NCBI GenBank assembly: GCA_951406725.2
Contig: OX597816.1
Coordinates: 132,990,001-133,054,000 of the forward strand
Direction of reading: 5' to 3'
Source: Octopus vulgaris
Lineage: Eukaryota
DNA: 64,000 bases
Shown here: one piece after another, positions 12,740 through 27,166 of the stretch
How the letters are laid out: every line of letters starts with the position of its first letter
Numbering within the stretch: the stretch's first letter is position 1
Notes under the pieces: generated by a model
Told to the model about the DNA's origin: nothing
Seen by the model: the letters and a program-made list of their open reading frames with translations, nothing else
Databases searched by the model: none
Program-made: the position numbers and the translations under genes

Positions 12740-13140
12740 AAAGAACAAGGGCCTGAAATTTTTGGGGTGGGGATAAGTCAATTATATCGATCCCAGTGTT
12801 TCACTGGTACTTAATTCATCTGCCGTGAAAGGATGAAAGGCAAAGTCAACCTCAACAGAATCTGAACTCAGAACGTTAAGATGGACGAAACGCCACAAAG
12901 CATTTTGTTTGGTGTGCAAACAATTCTTTTCTACTCTAGGCACAAGGCCTGAAATCTTTGGGGAGGGGGCCAGTCAATTAGATTGACCCCAGTATGCAAC
13001 TGGTACTTAATTTAACAACCCCGAAAGAATGAAAGGCAAAGTCAATCTCAGTGGAATTTGAACTCAGAAGGTAAAGACAGACGAAATACCACTAAACATT
13101 TCCCCCAGCATGCTAATGTTTCTGCCAGCTCACCACCTTC
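12740..13140 (-). mobile_element. Two tandem family C SINEs
   Basis: Two successive ctggtacttaatt...atgaaaggcaaagtcaa...gaactcagaa units. Confidence 0.7.
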
Positions 13141-14133
13141 TGCTAATCTATAAAATCATTCTGTCATAACAACTTTAATTAACTACAAAATGACATTGAA
13201 AATATTATTGAAATTTTTCAAATAACTGTTTCTAAATTTTTTTTTTTGTGGGGAGAGGTACAGTTAGTTATATCAACTGCATCCTTCTCTAGTACCAGTC
13301 ATGTGTTAAGGTGCTTTATCTTATTATTCCTAGTAGAATGAAAGTTTGAGTGTTATGCATTAGACAAACTTAACTATGGAATAGAATCAAAGGTATAATT
13401 GAAATCTTTAGAATAATGAAACACGTGTTAAATAACCTTAGCTATGGAAGAAAATCAGAGACATAATTGGTATCATTAACATAATAAAACGATGTTATGA
13501 AGATTTATAAATTTTTGCATCAAAATAGAAATGAGAGTGTTTGCAAATGTGGTATTTCCATGGGGCCCCTGTTGGTAATATTCAATTAATTTAATCGATT
13601 TAATTAGTTTAAAATAGATAATATGAATGCAATATAAAAAAATAAGCAAGGAGGAGGAGAGGGAGGAGGAGGGAGAAGAAGAAGAAGAAGAAGAAGAAGA
13701 AGAAGAAGAAGAAGAAGAAGAAGAAGAATGAATGAATGAATGTATGAGAGGGAGAGAGAAAGAAATAGTGGAAGAATGAAAAGTAGAAGTACTAGGATGA
13801 GGAGGAAGAAGAAGACAAAGAAAAGATGAAAATATGACAATATTAATGAGGACATTAGCAACGATATCAACTACATCAGTGATGATGCTATTTAAAAAAA
13901 GCAAAAAAATGTATTTTTCTTTTAAATATCTCCTTGTATGAGTAACATGAAAATTGAATTTCCATTGTGCCAACTATACACCCACGCTTTTCGTACATAA
14001 TCAGCAAAGACATCAGACCAAGTTTTTGTATTTCAGGACCATCCATACCCAACACCTCAACCATAATTGAACACCTACATCAGTTTTCTCTGCACCCACC
14101 TCCTTGGCCATTAAAACACACACACACACTCTT

Positions 14134-14164
<31 letters not shown>

Positions 14165-14165
14165 T

Positions 14166-14220
<55 letters not shown>

Positions 14221-15377
14221 TTCAGATTTACAGCAGCTTCTATTAATGAATAAGCAGGTTCTACATCACAAGACCCATCCATAAGCTTACAGACACATTT
14301 TGCTACCACTACCACCATCATCACCACCACGACCATTATCAGCACCACCAACTTCACCAACATTGCAGCCTACTTGTGATGTCGGCTTAAGCGTTAAATG
14401 TAGTATATTCCTTTACAAGGTGAAAAATTATGCATTGCTACTACAGCTAAAGCAAACTACACAACGTAAAGAACTGCTATGAATTCATTCATTAGTTTGT
14501 TTTTTTTTAGTTTTTCATTTATGCATGACAATAGAAAGAACATTTTTCTGCTGTTACTCCTACACAAATATAACCACATATATATATATGAGAGAGTGTT
14601 TATATATGTATTCATACGCAATATATGTGTATGCATGTGTGTGCATATATATAACATATATATGTATATATTTTACACGCACACATATATACATACACAC
14701 ACTCGCACGCACACACACACATATTTATATCTCACTTAGGCATTGTGGTACTATATATATATATATATATACACATACACACACACACATATACAGACAT
14801 ATATATATAGAGAGAGAGGGAAAGAGAGAGAGCGACAAACAGACAAAAATATGAAAATAAAAATGTAGAACATGCATATACACACACATCTTTCCATATA
14901 TACATGCATTCAAGCAAACATCTATATGTACATGTATACATATACACATATATACATACATCCATACATACGCAGATATATATATATATATGTATATTCA
15001 TATATTAATGATTCCATGCTATTGAGTACATCAGTCTATTTACACCATGCTACTTTGTGTCTTTGGATGATTTTTGTGACATGTTCGATGTGGTGTTAAC
15101 CCCTAGCTCAACCTTCATCTATTTCTAAAGGAAACGGAAATTGTGGTTGGCTTCCCACAACACTCTTACAAAAAGAAAGTGAGAGAGAGAGACAGAGAGA
15201 GAAAATGAGAAACAGAAACAGAAGAGAATCTATCCCTATAGCTGACTAGTATTCTGTTTATTAATTCTGGAAGGATGAACAGACAGAATTTGGACCCAAG
15301 GCACAAAGTGGTGAAATAATTGCAACAAAATATTTACCCATCAGTCTATTGATTCTGTAAATTGACCTGCACTCCCT

Positions 15378-15470
<93 letters not shown>

Positions 15471-15559
15471 CTGCTCCTCTTCTATCATAATTTCATTCTC
15501 TAGTCTACAGCCTGTTCATTTGAGGGTTCTTATCATTTAGGTACTTGGTGACCTCACTG

Positions 15560-15783
15560 GTACTGGTGCAACGTAAATAGTACTCTGTGCACTCTGTTAA
15601 GTGGTTGGCACTAGGAACGGCATCCAGCTGTAGAAACCAAAGCAAACATAGGACCTGGAGAAGCCCTCTGGCTCATATGTTCTTGTCAAACCGTCCAACC
15701 CATGTCAGTACAGAAATGGGGATGTTAAATGTTGATGATGATGCTGATGATGATGATGATGACGACGACAACGATGACGATGA
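15560..15783 (+). mobile_element. RTE-tail short element
   Basis: gtggttggcactaggaacggcatccagctgtagaaac...ccgtccaacccatg...(GAT)n. Confidence 0.65.
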
Positions 15784-16059
15784 AATATATATGAGGTCTG
15801 CATCGTACTCTATTGTCTATTTTGGTATGGTTTCTATGGCTGGAAGTCCTTCCTAACTCCAATGTGTACTGGCTACATTTACTATGCTACTAGCATTAGT
15901 GAGGTTGTCATGTGTCTTACCAGACAATGAACCCCAAGAGAAGTGGCTTTATGCTAGGAAACGAGGGGTTTAAATTATGAGAACAGGAGTTAGAGCTGAA
16001 CTGGTTTCTTACTGTTGAGGAGCTATATGCTTGCTTTATATTCTTGCTTCATGAGCCTG

Positions 16060-16326
16060 GGGTCATCCCAGACTAGTGGTCTCAGAGACGTCATCATGCA
16101 TAGAGCTGCCCAGGTCCACTAGTGCTCACCATCACCAGCGGGTCCTGTGCCAGCCCCTCTGCATCCTCTAATGTGACATCAACTATATGGAGATCTTCCC
16201 CAATCACATTTATCCATCTGGTGTGAGGCCTACCATGAAGCCTCTTCCTCTTCCAACCCACAGCTGCTGTGTTGAATGAGAGTAAAGTCATGGTAGGAGG
16301 ATCTGCTGGGAGATGGAGGACATGTT

Positions 16327-16366
<40 letters not shown>

Positions 16367-16630
16367 ACATCATTTAACATCCCCATTTCTGCACTGGCAT
16401 AGGTTAGATGGTCTGACAAGAACAGATGATCCAGAGGGCTTCTCGAGGTCTTATGTCTGCTTTGGTATGGTTTATACAGCTGGGAAGCACCACTGCTCTA
16501 TCTCCCAGAAGACAAAACTTCATATCAACAATGTATTGGCCCTCTCCATTCTCTTTTCAAAGACACTGGCAAAGAGGATCAAAGTCTTTGATAGTAGAGC
16601 CCTGAACACCATCAAGAACATCAGGAGCTA
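16060..16630. mobile_element. Rearranged RTE-like LINE relic: C-terminus on minus (~16060-16310), upstream part on plus (~16485-16630), split by an RTE-tail element
   Basis: Minus: GWKRKRLHGRPHTRWINVIGEDL. Plus: SISQKTKLHINNVLALSILF...KRIKVFDSRAL. Confidence 0.6.
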
Positions 16631-17437
16631 CATGGCTACTCATATTTTAGAAAGAGAAAAGAGAGAATGGGTGGAGCAGGGAAGTGGTAAAAATTGTGGT
16701 GTGAACCCTCTTGGTATATGCTGATCGGAAGTGAAAGGAGTAGAAGAACTGGGTATGTAGATGGGTAGAGGTTGCAAGAGTGCATGGGAGAATGAGAGAT
16801 AGAGAATGGTTGAGGGGGTGAAAACAATAAATGATGAACAAATGTTGAGTAGGGAGTGTAGAAAATGTAGGTGATAACTGTAGAGATAGGATAGGACTGA
16901 GAGGTAGATGTAGTGAATGATGGATAAGAGGTAGGGATGACCCATGATGCCTGGGGAGGAATATTAGCAGAATAATAAAGATGATGTAATAAACAGAGGA
17001 AGGATGAGAGAGAGAGAGAGAGGAAGAGGGAGAGGATGAGGGTTGCAAGAATATATGGAATTAGAGAGGCAGGCATAGTGCATGGCAAGAGTAAGAGACA
17101 TATATGGTGGTGGAAAATTTTGAGGTAATTTAGTATATTGGGAGGAGGAGGTCAATATAAAGTGTAGGAAAGGTGGAGGACAGTATTATGGAAGAGGAAT
17201 ATGCATCAAATGAGATGGTTTCACGCAGTGAGAAGGATTAGTGATACCAAGGAAAAGCTGCAGTTAGAGAAATGAAGGGTGCTGGAGGTTGTCTCGTGGC
17301 AGGAAACTTGCCAAGGGACCAATGAATATATGTACACATACGCACAGTACCTCCAGAATTTAGTTTTGTAGAGTTGTGTAGGTTTTCTAAAAGAACTGCA
17401 TATTACTAGTCATTCTGGTCCCTTACCATCACCTCCA

Positions 17438-17481
<44 letters not shown>

Positions 17482-17500
17482 ATTTGTGTGTGTGTGTGTA

Positions 17501-17536
<36 letters not shown>

Positions 17537-18401
17537 CGTAAGATCAGCCGTGATGGATATATAATACTATATATTTTTGGATAATATTACACACACACAC
17601 AAACGCACACACACACACACATACATGTATGTTTGTATGTATGCATGTGCATATGTATGTGTGTATGTATATATGTATATATGTATATATGTATAATTGT
17701 TAAAGAGGACAACAAACTTTAAGGCAAGGCAAACATCTCAAGTTACATACATTATTACCCCAATACTTTGTATGTTCATATGTATATATATATATATATC
17801 AATATATATATATGTGTGTGTGTGTGTGCGTGTGTGTATACACTATAATGTATACTACACACACATGTACATGCACATGTAAACACAGGTACAATCTAGA
17901 GTAATAAAACACCCACACATTTCCATTGCACACATACATAATTTTTCAGAAATTTTACTTAGCCAAAACCAATTCACATTGACATCCATTTAAGCTAGTG
18001 AAGGTCATATCTCTATCTATACAACATGGGAAAGATTCCACCAATATAGCTACTGTATTCTATATCATGATTGTATTCTATAAGTGTATATCATTTACAC
18101 TTTATATATATGCATATACACATATACCTACACATAAAATCTATCCGCATGTGCGTGTGTATGTGTAGTTATATGCATATACATTCATATACCTGTATAC
18201 ATGTATATATCCTTTCTACTATAGCACAAGACCTGCATTTTAGGGAGGATGCTAGTTACTTACATATTTCATCAACCCCATGAGGATGAAAAGGTAAAGT
18301 TGATCTTGGTGAAATTTGAACTCCGAACATAAAAACAGATGAAATGCTGCCATTTTCTTCAGTATGCTAACCGACTCTGCCAGCTCACCACCACATCATA
18401 T

Positions 18402-18439
<38 letters not shown>

Positions 18440-18672
18440 TGCTGGTATGGGTTGAATGGTTTGACCAGAGCTGGAAAGTTGGAAGGCTGCACCAGACTCC
18501 AGTCTGATTTAGTATGGTTTCTATAGCTGAATGCCCTTTCTAATGCCAACCACTCCAAGAGTGTAACGGGTGTTTTTATCTGACACCAGCATGGGTGCCA
18601 TTTGCATGACACCAGTATCAGCCATGACTGTGATTTTACTTGACTTCATGGGTTTACTTCTCAAGCACAGCA
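18402..18672 (-). mobile_element. RTE 3' end (older subfamily)
   Basis: (CAT)n, then similarity to 56778-57045 up to the ORF terminus (cttctcaagcacagc). Confidence 0.7.
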
Positions 18673-18941
18673 TATATATATATATATATATATGGAGGTT
18701 GTGGGAGGTAATGGTGTCAGTAAGACCCAAAGGTGTCAGGTAATGCTGAGTAGGTGCTTTGGATAGACCATAGTTAAGCTCCAGGTTTGGTGATTATGCT
18801 TAACCATCTTCTCACACTGTCTGGTTTAAAAAGCTACATAAGATGCCATGATATTTTAAGGTATAAGTGCAAGAAGTAGTCGGACTCTGCATAAGGAGTA
18901 GTCAAACACCATGTATATATGTATGTGTATGTGTATATATG

Positions 18942-19150
18942 TGTCTGTTGGCTATGTTGAGGCCCAAATATTCTCAAGTTTTATTGGTCCCACTCCTGAA
19001 CCATACGATCATTATATTGACAACTGTATCAGTGCGACCTCACTCTCCTGTGAACATCTAGACTCCTTGCTCTCTTTTGTCAAATCTTTCCATCCTGCCC
19101 TCCACTTTTCCTGCACTTTTTCCAACACTATTTCATCCCATATCTTCTTG
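18942..19150 (+). pseudogene. Penelope-like element reverse transcriptase fragment
   Basis: VGYVEAQIFSSFIGPTPEPYDHYIDNCISATS...LLSFVKSFHPALHFSCT resembles the PLE RT YIDD...FHPALKFT region. Confidence 0.7.
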
Positions 19151-19199
19151 GGTCACCTTCTGCAAATTCCATCTATATTAAGTGATAAGCACTTCTTTA

Positions 19200-19448
19200 T
19201 ATAGTTGTCTTCATCCATATGCATCACATATCCATATAGGTGCAGTCTTCTTCACTGCATACTATATGTGATTCCTTTTATGCCTAGTTTTTCTTGCAGC
19301 ACATTTATCCTACGTTATTCATGCACACTTATATTGCACATCCAGATGACTCCTTTTCTGCATATTGAACAAGGCCATTCCCCTGCAGATATCAGGGCAC
19401 TGTCTTCTTTCCTACTTACTAAAACCTTCATCTTTGCTAGGTTTATCT
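19200..19448 (-). mobile_element. Internally deleted RTE ORF fragments
   Basis: Homologous to the NLAKTKV..SRK..WPCSI and WYGHV..MDEDS segments of the 5629 ORF. Confidence 0.6.
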
Positions 19449-19496
19449 AAAATCTCTTGTGGTAGCAGGACAAACACGGACACAGACACACACAGA

Positions 19497-19533
<37 letters not shown>

Positions 19534-19537
<4 letters not shown>

Positions 19538-20160
19538 CATTGTTCAGTTATATTTCAAGATTTCTTGACAAGAGAGAAAGAGCTGGTTTCTAACCTAGAT
19601 CCAAGGTTAGAAATTCATTTGATTTCAACATCAACAACAGGGTATTTTTATTTGTATGTATGTATGTATGTATGTATGTATGTATGTGTGTGTGCAGATT
19701 TGTATGTTCTGCTTTATGTATGTATTCTCATGCATATAGTTACATATCTAGACATGCTCATATATATTTAAATGATAAACTTCTGGAAGGTTTTACAGAC
19801 TTTTACAGTTCCAGTGATGGATTGGATTTATAATCTTTGAATTAGCTTTCTCCTTTCTGGTTTTGAGAAGCCTAATTTATCAAGATTGGTATTTAGGCAG
19901 TGTGTTACATATCTCAGGGCCTCAATAATTACAAGTATAAACCTGATCTTGTAATCTGGATAGAGTAACTGCAGATTTGTCAATAGTTCAGAGTAGGTAT
20001 TCTCTTTTTCATTGATCTTCAGCTTTATGTTAACATCAACGGGGCAGCTAATTTCCACAATTGTATGCAGTTTCTCTTCTCTGTCCCAAATCATTATATC
20101 AGGTCTGTTGTGCTTACATTTTGTTGAGGTCTTTTATTGGTTGCATTTCTTCATAGATAA
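19534..20160 (-). mobile_element. RLE-type non-LTR retrotransposon 3' fragment
   Basis: KHNRPDIMIWDREEKLHTIVEISCPVDVNI...KENTYSEL (PD-(D/E) restriction-like endonuclease); 3' UTR runs into (TG)n. Confidence 0.75.
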
Positions 20161-20227
20161 TCTTAAAAGACTTAGATTATGCTTAGATATTGTTAGATAT
20201 TGGTGTCTAGTTTGAGGAGCTTCTGTG

Positions 20228-20261
<34 letters not shown>

Positions 20262-20789
20262 TCATAATCATCATCATCATCATGATAATTGTTCTGATAA
20301 TTTCCCATTTGGAAACCTGTTGAAATTAAAATCTCAAACTTTGGCCTATACCAAGAGATGAATAAAACAACTGAAAATTACTATATCACAATAATTTTCT
20401 CTACAAGAGTTTTCTAATCTATATGGTAAAAACTGATTAGACTGAAAAAGTTGATCTTCAGTATTAATATCTGTGAGCCAATGAACATCTCTGTGTAGCA
20501 AAGGTTGGTAGGAAGGGTTCATTACAACAGTTAGAGTTTGATTGAGTGGGTTGAGACATAGTATGTATGCGTAGTAAATGGAAGAGAACTAGGTATGTTG
20601 AGTGAGCTTAAATGAATGTCCTATGTCAGAATATATTAGAGATTTTAGTTCTATGTTGTATGGTACAGCTTAGAAATGATGTACAAAAACATGAGAGATT
20701 TTCTCTTAACAAGATCATTTAGAGTTGTGGCAAATTGAAACTAATTAGGTTGTGATGTTAACTCCTTTTTTACTAAAAGATTATCTGAT

Positions 20790-21080
20790 TCAGGTGTGGC
20801 TGTGTCATAAAGCTTGCTTCCCAACCACATGGTTCTGGGTTAGGTGTTTGTGTCTTTGTGTCTGTATTTGTCCCCCACTACCGCTTGACAACTGGTATTG
20901 GTGTGTTTATATCCCTTTAACATAGGGGTTCAGCAAAAGAGATCAATAGAATAAGTTCCAGGCCTATAAAAAAATAATCACTGGGGTAGATTCATTCAAC
21001 TAAAAATTCTTCAAGGTGGTGCCCCAGCATGACTACTGTCTAATGACCGAAACAGGTAAAAATTAAAAAAGGTAAAAGGA
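20790..21080 (+). mobile_element. SINE family A, internally deleted
   Basis: Head, cgcttgacaactggtattggtgtg block, and ggtggtgccccagcatg tail. Confidence 0.65.
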
Positions 21081-23212
21081 GTCAATCAACTCTTTAAAAC
21101 TAGGAATCAAATGAGTTGATTGATTCTATACTAAAGAAATGTCTACATCATCCATTTCAGATGTATAGTGATCAAAACTAAAAAAGAAGCAAACTATAAC
21201 TATAACTAAGAAATTCTTCTTAGCCTGCAGTTTGAGAAATTCAAATTGCTTATCAAATAGTGAAACATAATGTTGAAGAAATGTAGGATGATAGTAATTC
21301 CAGACTATCTTTATTCAAAATTAATTATTAAAAAAAAAGTTATTTGAAATAGATATCATTTGTGTACTTGATTTTGAATTTTATCATTTTCGTTTTAAAA
21401 AAATAAAAAATTTAGAATAATTAACATTACATATAATTGTCCTTTTGAATAATTTCCATTCGAATAAATGTTTTTTGAAAAATTGTTTTCGAACAATTAT
21501 TTTTTAACAATCTTCACATAATCTGGTATATTATGCAAGACTTAACAGTCTGTAGATGTGCTATGCTTTCAAAAACATGACCTGTCATCCATGAACAGTC
21601 ACATATCAGGAGACCAACATGAGATGCTTATATACATGCATTTTTTTTTCAAAGGTGGGCTTATCTACTGTTGGACCAAAATCCATTAGGGGTGAATGTA
21701 CAAGGATGGACCTGCTGTGGATTAAATTTTTCTTAACAAAATTATGTACAAGATTTGTCAGAAAAAAAAATTAAAAACAAAATCAGGGCCTGGTAGTTGT
21801 CTGAGGTTTTATTGTCGAAAAGCTATCAAACTTGCTATAGGAATGTCTGCAATGAGAAAATGGTAATGCTCAAAATGAAGTTGATGACCACTTTCACACA
21901 CACATGCTTATTCACACATACACACACATATGCAGACACACTTTCTCTCTTTCTCACACACACACACACATGGACATATTGTAATGATTACCATCAGCAT
22001 TTTATGTCTGTTTTATTGAGGTTTGCATGGGTTGGACAGGTTTTATCATTCATTGCTGTCTATTATCATCTGACACACAGAGCAACATGACACACAGAGC
22101 AACAGAGGAAAACTGATCAATTTAGTTGTGAACACTTTTCAGTGTGGAATGGATGCATTTTATTGTGCTTGCAGCATTAGAGAGATTATCCCAAGTGGGA
22201 AAACTAAAGAACCACCTATTCTCCATGCTAGTTCTTATTTGAAGTTTCAAACTTCCAAAATTAGTTGCATGTGATGTGATTTGATTTTGATTTGATTTTG
22301 ATTTAATTTTGTATGAAAAGATTGATTATTATTAATTAGTTAAATTAAATAGTATAAATATAAAGTTGGAAGAAATATGTGAACAATTCAGGACTATTTT
22401 ATAAAAGATTAACTTCTACTTTATAATTATTGCAGAATACTGTGATGGGTTTATTAATTTTCTCTTAACATTTGTTGACTTCATGTCTTATGTAGTGGCT
22501 TGTAGCTGCACATTACATTGTGTAACATGATTTTTGTCCTGTTATTTCCTATTTGCTTACCTGTACAAAGTATGAAAAATGACTAATATTTCCTTGAAAC
22601 TTTGCTTTTATTACATTTATTCCAATCCCAAAGAATCCTTCTCAACATATGGCTATGATGCTCCCCGACTACTCCTACTCGTGGGACATGCTCTAGTGGT
22701 TAAGATCAAGCAACTGACAAGCAAATCCAAGGTATTCAGCAGAATATTTGCTTTTATGATATTTCTACTTCAGCAACACAAAGCTGAATCTGTCTAAAAT
22801 GTAACAGAAAATAGGTCATGATGTCTAGGTCACAAAAGCAAAGTTTGAAGGGAATAGTAGCCATTTCCTTGGATTTCTAGGTAGAAGCAAATAGGAAATG
22901 TCACTCATTGACCAACGACAAAACAAATTATTATTTTGTTACACAGTACTATTAGCAGTTGCTATTTTTGTCAGAGTGAAAAGGGGAAAGGTATTTTCAG
23001 TTGCATGAAGCATGAAGCACCAAATAAAGTCCATGCATTGTTCATTCATTACAGTTTCAGGCAGAGTTTCTACACCTGCATGCCTTTCCTATCTTTAATA
23101 AGTTTACAGAATGTACTCTAGTGTTGATGGCATTTTCTTAAACCATCAACACTTGAGAGGTTGTTCTATGTTAGAAGAGTAACAATTCCTATTGACCCAA
23201 CTGACTATGTTA

Positions 23213-23455
23213 TGGAGGTGAGTGGCTAAGTGGTTACAATGTTGGACTCATGATTGTAAGATTGTGGTTTTGATTCCTGGACCGGGCAATGCATAGTGTT
23301 CTTGAGCAAAACACTTCATTTCATGTTGCTGGCAAAAAGGAGTTATCCTGTGATGGACTGGCATCCCATCCAGGTGGGGAATTTATATGCCATGAAACCA
23401 GGAAACTAGCACTTATCAGTCAGAATATCTCAACAAAGTAACTTTACCTTTACTT
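23213..23455 (+). mobile_element. SINE family B
   Basis: ggaggtgagtggctaagtggtt head; ctgtgatggactggcatcccatccagg body. Confidence 0.7.
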
Positions 23456-23674
23456 TTAACTATGTACATGCATATACATTATCATCATCATCAGCAGCAG
23501 CAGTAACAGTTACAGCAACACATGTATTTTATACACTTACACACCAACAAAAATTACCGTCCTATATATAGTCACATATACAATCCTATATATAATTGCA
23601 TTTACAATCCTATGATCTCAGGATGCTGAACCTTTCAGACGAGATGATAAAGGACCAAGGTACCTGCTACCTTG

Positions 23675-23990
23675 CTGTACTCAAGAAGACCTGTCTTCCA
23701 CAGCGGAAGTGATAAAGCAACTTCCCCTGGTGAAGAGAATTGGCCTGCGAGAGTCTTGTGCCGGTGCCATGTAAAAGAATTCATGTGGGTGCGATGTTAA
23801 AAGCATCCAACACACTCTCTGTGAAGTGGTTAGCATTAGGAAGGGCATTCAGCTGTTGAAACAAGGCCAAATCAAATTGGAACCTGGTGCAGCTCTCCAG
23901 CTTGCCAGCTCAGGTGAAACTGTCCAATACATGCTAACATGGAAAACAAATGTGAAAGGGTGATGATGATGATGATGATGAGGATGATAT
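23675..23990 (+). mobile_element. RTE 3' end with (GAT)n tail
   Basis: gctgtactcaagaagacc ORF-end relic; gtggttagcattaggaagggcattcagctg; (GAT)n. Confidence 0.6.
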
Positions 23991-24418
23991 TCACTAATTG
24001 GCTGTGTGGTTAGGGAGTTTGCTTCCTAGTTACATGGTTTCGGGTTCAGTCCCACTGCATGGCACTTTGGGTAGGTGTCTTCCGTTATAGCCCCGAGCCG
24101 ACCGAAGCTTTGTGATTGAATTCGGTAGGCGGAAGTTACTGCCGTGTGTGTACATGTGCATGTAGGTGCTTGTGCCTCTCCGAAAGAGAGAGAGGGGATA
24201 CACACATATTTTCACATTCACACACAAATAATCAAAAATTACATACATGTGCTACTATACACACACATGCACACATGCAAAGCTACACACACACATGCAC
24301 ACAATTATATAGACATATACTATGTAATCTCATGTACATTTACTATCTTACATAAAACAAAACAGAGGCAGATATATGTGTGTCTATTTGTGTGCTTTTG
24401 TGTGTGCGTTTATGTGTA

Positions 24419-25203
24419 TAGGGTGTGGTGAATAAACTGTCATCTAAATTATGCAAAAATGAAAATAACACTTGACATCTCATTTTAACAGATATATTTA
24501 CCAAAATTACATTAAAATATCTTGAAATACTAAAGGGTTAATTTATTCAATAAAACCGCCATAGGCTTCAACCATGGCCTCCAGACGACTTTGGAATCTC
24601 CTGCAACTCTTCTGAACAGTCTCCTTGTTTAAGTTGGTGAATGCAGCCATAATCCTTGCCTTCATTTCGTCTTTGGTGTTACAAGAAGTTTTGCTGGTCT
24701 TTTGCTCAACTGCACCCAACACATGATAATCAAGTCGCAGTGTGGGGAGTTAAGTGGTCAGATGTTAGGGATGATGTGGTCTGATGTTCTTTCAGCAGCC
24801 ACCCTTTTGACCCAGGGTAGCACTACCTCCTCCAGGCACTTGATGTAGGCATGTGTGTTGAGTCTGAGGTTAAATGGGAAGATGAATGGAGGCATAACAT
24901 CGCCATCACTAGCGATCACTCTGAACACCATGATGTTGACTGGATGTTTGATTTTTATCACACTCGGTTCATGTCCTCCCAAACATTATGAGATGTTCAT
25001 ATTGGAGCTTCCAGCATGAATACCAAGTAGTACAACATGTCATTTCCAAATTCATGACAGAGTGAATTGCATCATGGGGCTGTTTTTCTCACAGACAGTG
25101 CCCAACTGACTCTACTGTACTGTGGAGTTGATAAAATCAAAAACAAACAAAGCACATGCATGAAATTAAAAACATAAAATGGTGACAATTTGCCCATCAC
25201 ACC

Positions 25204-25209
<6 letters not shown>
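24419..25209 (-). mobile_element. Internally deleted Tc1/mariner-superfamily transposon (maT/DD37D-like)
   Basis: Imperfect TIRs starting tagggtg at both ends, in TA context; minus strand KHPVNIMVFRVIASDGDVMPPFIF...YIKCLEEVVLPW, NI*PLNSP, FQSRLEAMVEA. Confidence 0.8.
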
Positions 25210-25263
<54 letters not shown>

Positions 25264-25463
25264 TATATGTTTGTTATTTTATAATGATTGCAGGGTATAT
25301 ATATTACTATATTTTATATCTTATATCTTATATGTAAAGCATAATATGTTATATGTATGTATATTATTGTAATTATCAGTTTAGTAAATAAATAAATAAG
25401 TTAACATGATATAATGTCTAAAAGTTGATGAACCACCTATTGATCCTCTCCATTTTCTTATTG

Positions 25464-25501
<38 letters not shown>

Positions 25502-26183
25502 GTATATATATATATATATAAAGTAAAAACTAAAAAGTAGAAAAGTAAAAGAGTCAAAAGGAAGAGTAAGTACAGTTAGGCACCTTTTTAATCGCTACAT
25601 ATATATGCATGCACACACATATATACATAAAATCAATATCATATTCACAAACAGAGACACAAGTATGCACACACATACTCACACATACACACACATACAC
25701 ACATATACACACATACTTACATATACACACACATGCATATACATACACACATATACACACAGAAATTCATATTTTATGGCTTGCACATGCATACAGACTG
25801 AAGTATACATATAAATGTATGTTCTTGCATGTATACACACTCATATAGATGCACTCACATAGCGGCACATGTGCACACACACGTACACACAGAACACACA
25901 CACACACACACACACATGTATGCACACTGGAACATACATACACATGGTTTAAGACACATAGACAGGCATGCACACACAAACAGAAACTTCACATAGTGGC
26001 ACATGAATACACACACAGCTATATGCATTTAAATGTACACAGATATATATATACACTCACACAGGTATAGCATCCAACAGATACACACTAGTATATACAT
26101 ATACACAAGTACACATACATGCATACACACACACACACAATATACACACACATGTATATATATATATATACACACACACGCAC

Positions 26184-26253
<70 letters not shown>

Positions 26254-26607
26254 ACAGAAAGATACTCAGCCTTCAGCATTGATTGAAGTGGGTTTCCTGT
26301 TATTTTTAGCACCATAATTTGCCCAGTTAGCCATCCATATAGTTCGATGGCATCACGTACACATTGAAAGATAGTGGGAAACTGACAAGTGATAAAGCAT
26401 TATTGAAGAAGATGCTTACAATTGATTTGCTTCATCCAACCCTTTCCCCGCTCCCAACTTACACTCAGTATTCTCTCATATTTCTTCTCTTATTTGTCAC
26501 TCCCACTTGACCTGTACCTCACTCTTTTTCTGACCTTGTCCTTTCTCTTTCACTTGGGGAACTCATCTGCCTTTCTTTCTCCATTCACATTTCTAATATT
26601 TTCAGTT

Positions 26608-26664
<57 letters not shown>

Positions 26665-26747
26665 ATATATATATATCTATCTATATCTATCTATATCTAT
26701 CTATATCTATCTATCTGTATCTATCTATATCTATCTATATCTATCTA

Positions 26748-26795
<48 letters not shown>

Positions 26796-27120
26796 AGTCT
26801 ATCTATCTATCTTTCTAATTTTTTCTGCTGTTGTCTGACTCTCTCTCTTTCTCTCTCTCTTTCTCCATCTCTCTGCATACATATAAACATATATACTTAC
26901 ACAGATACAAATCATGCATGTATGCATGCATGTGTGCATGTGTATGTCTGTGAGTGTGTGTCTGTGTGTGTGTGTGTGTGTGTGCATGTGTGTTACATAT
27001 ACATTTATCATTGCTTTCTTTTTTCACATCCATTTTCACTGTTTCTTTCCCTCTATCTTCCTCTCTATCTTTTTGTCTGCAATGTATACTTTTTTCTTTA
27101 ATCACATATTCGTGTTCTTA

Positions 27121-27166
<46 letters not shown>

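Noticed and set aside
13529-13574. Possible small exon (ag...gt) reading MRVFANVVFPWGPC
   Set aside because: Weak splice signals, short and unidentifiable
16640-17330. Long purine-rich tract, and pyrimidine-rich tracts at ~27310-27950, 40140-40560 and 51330-51800, with 100-150 aa ORFs
   Set aside because: Low-complexity strand asymmetry explains the ORFs; no domain or periodic structure found
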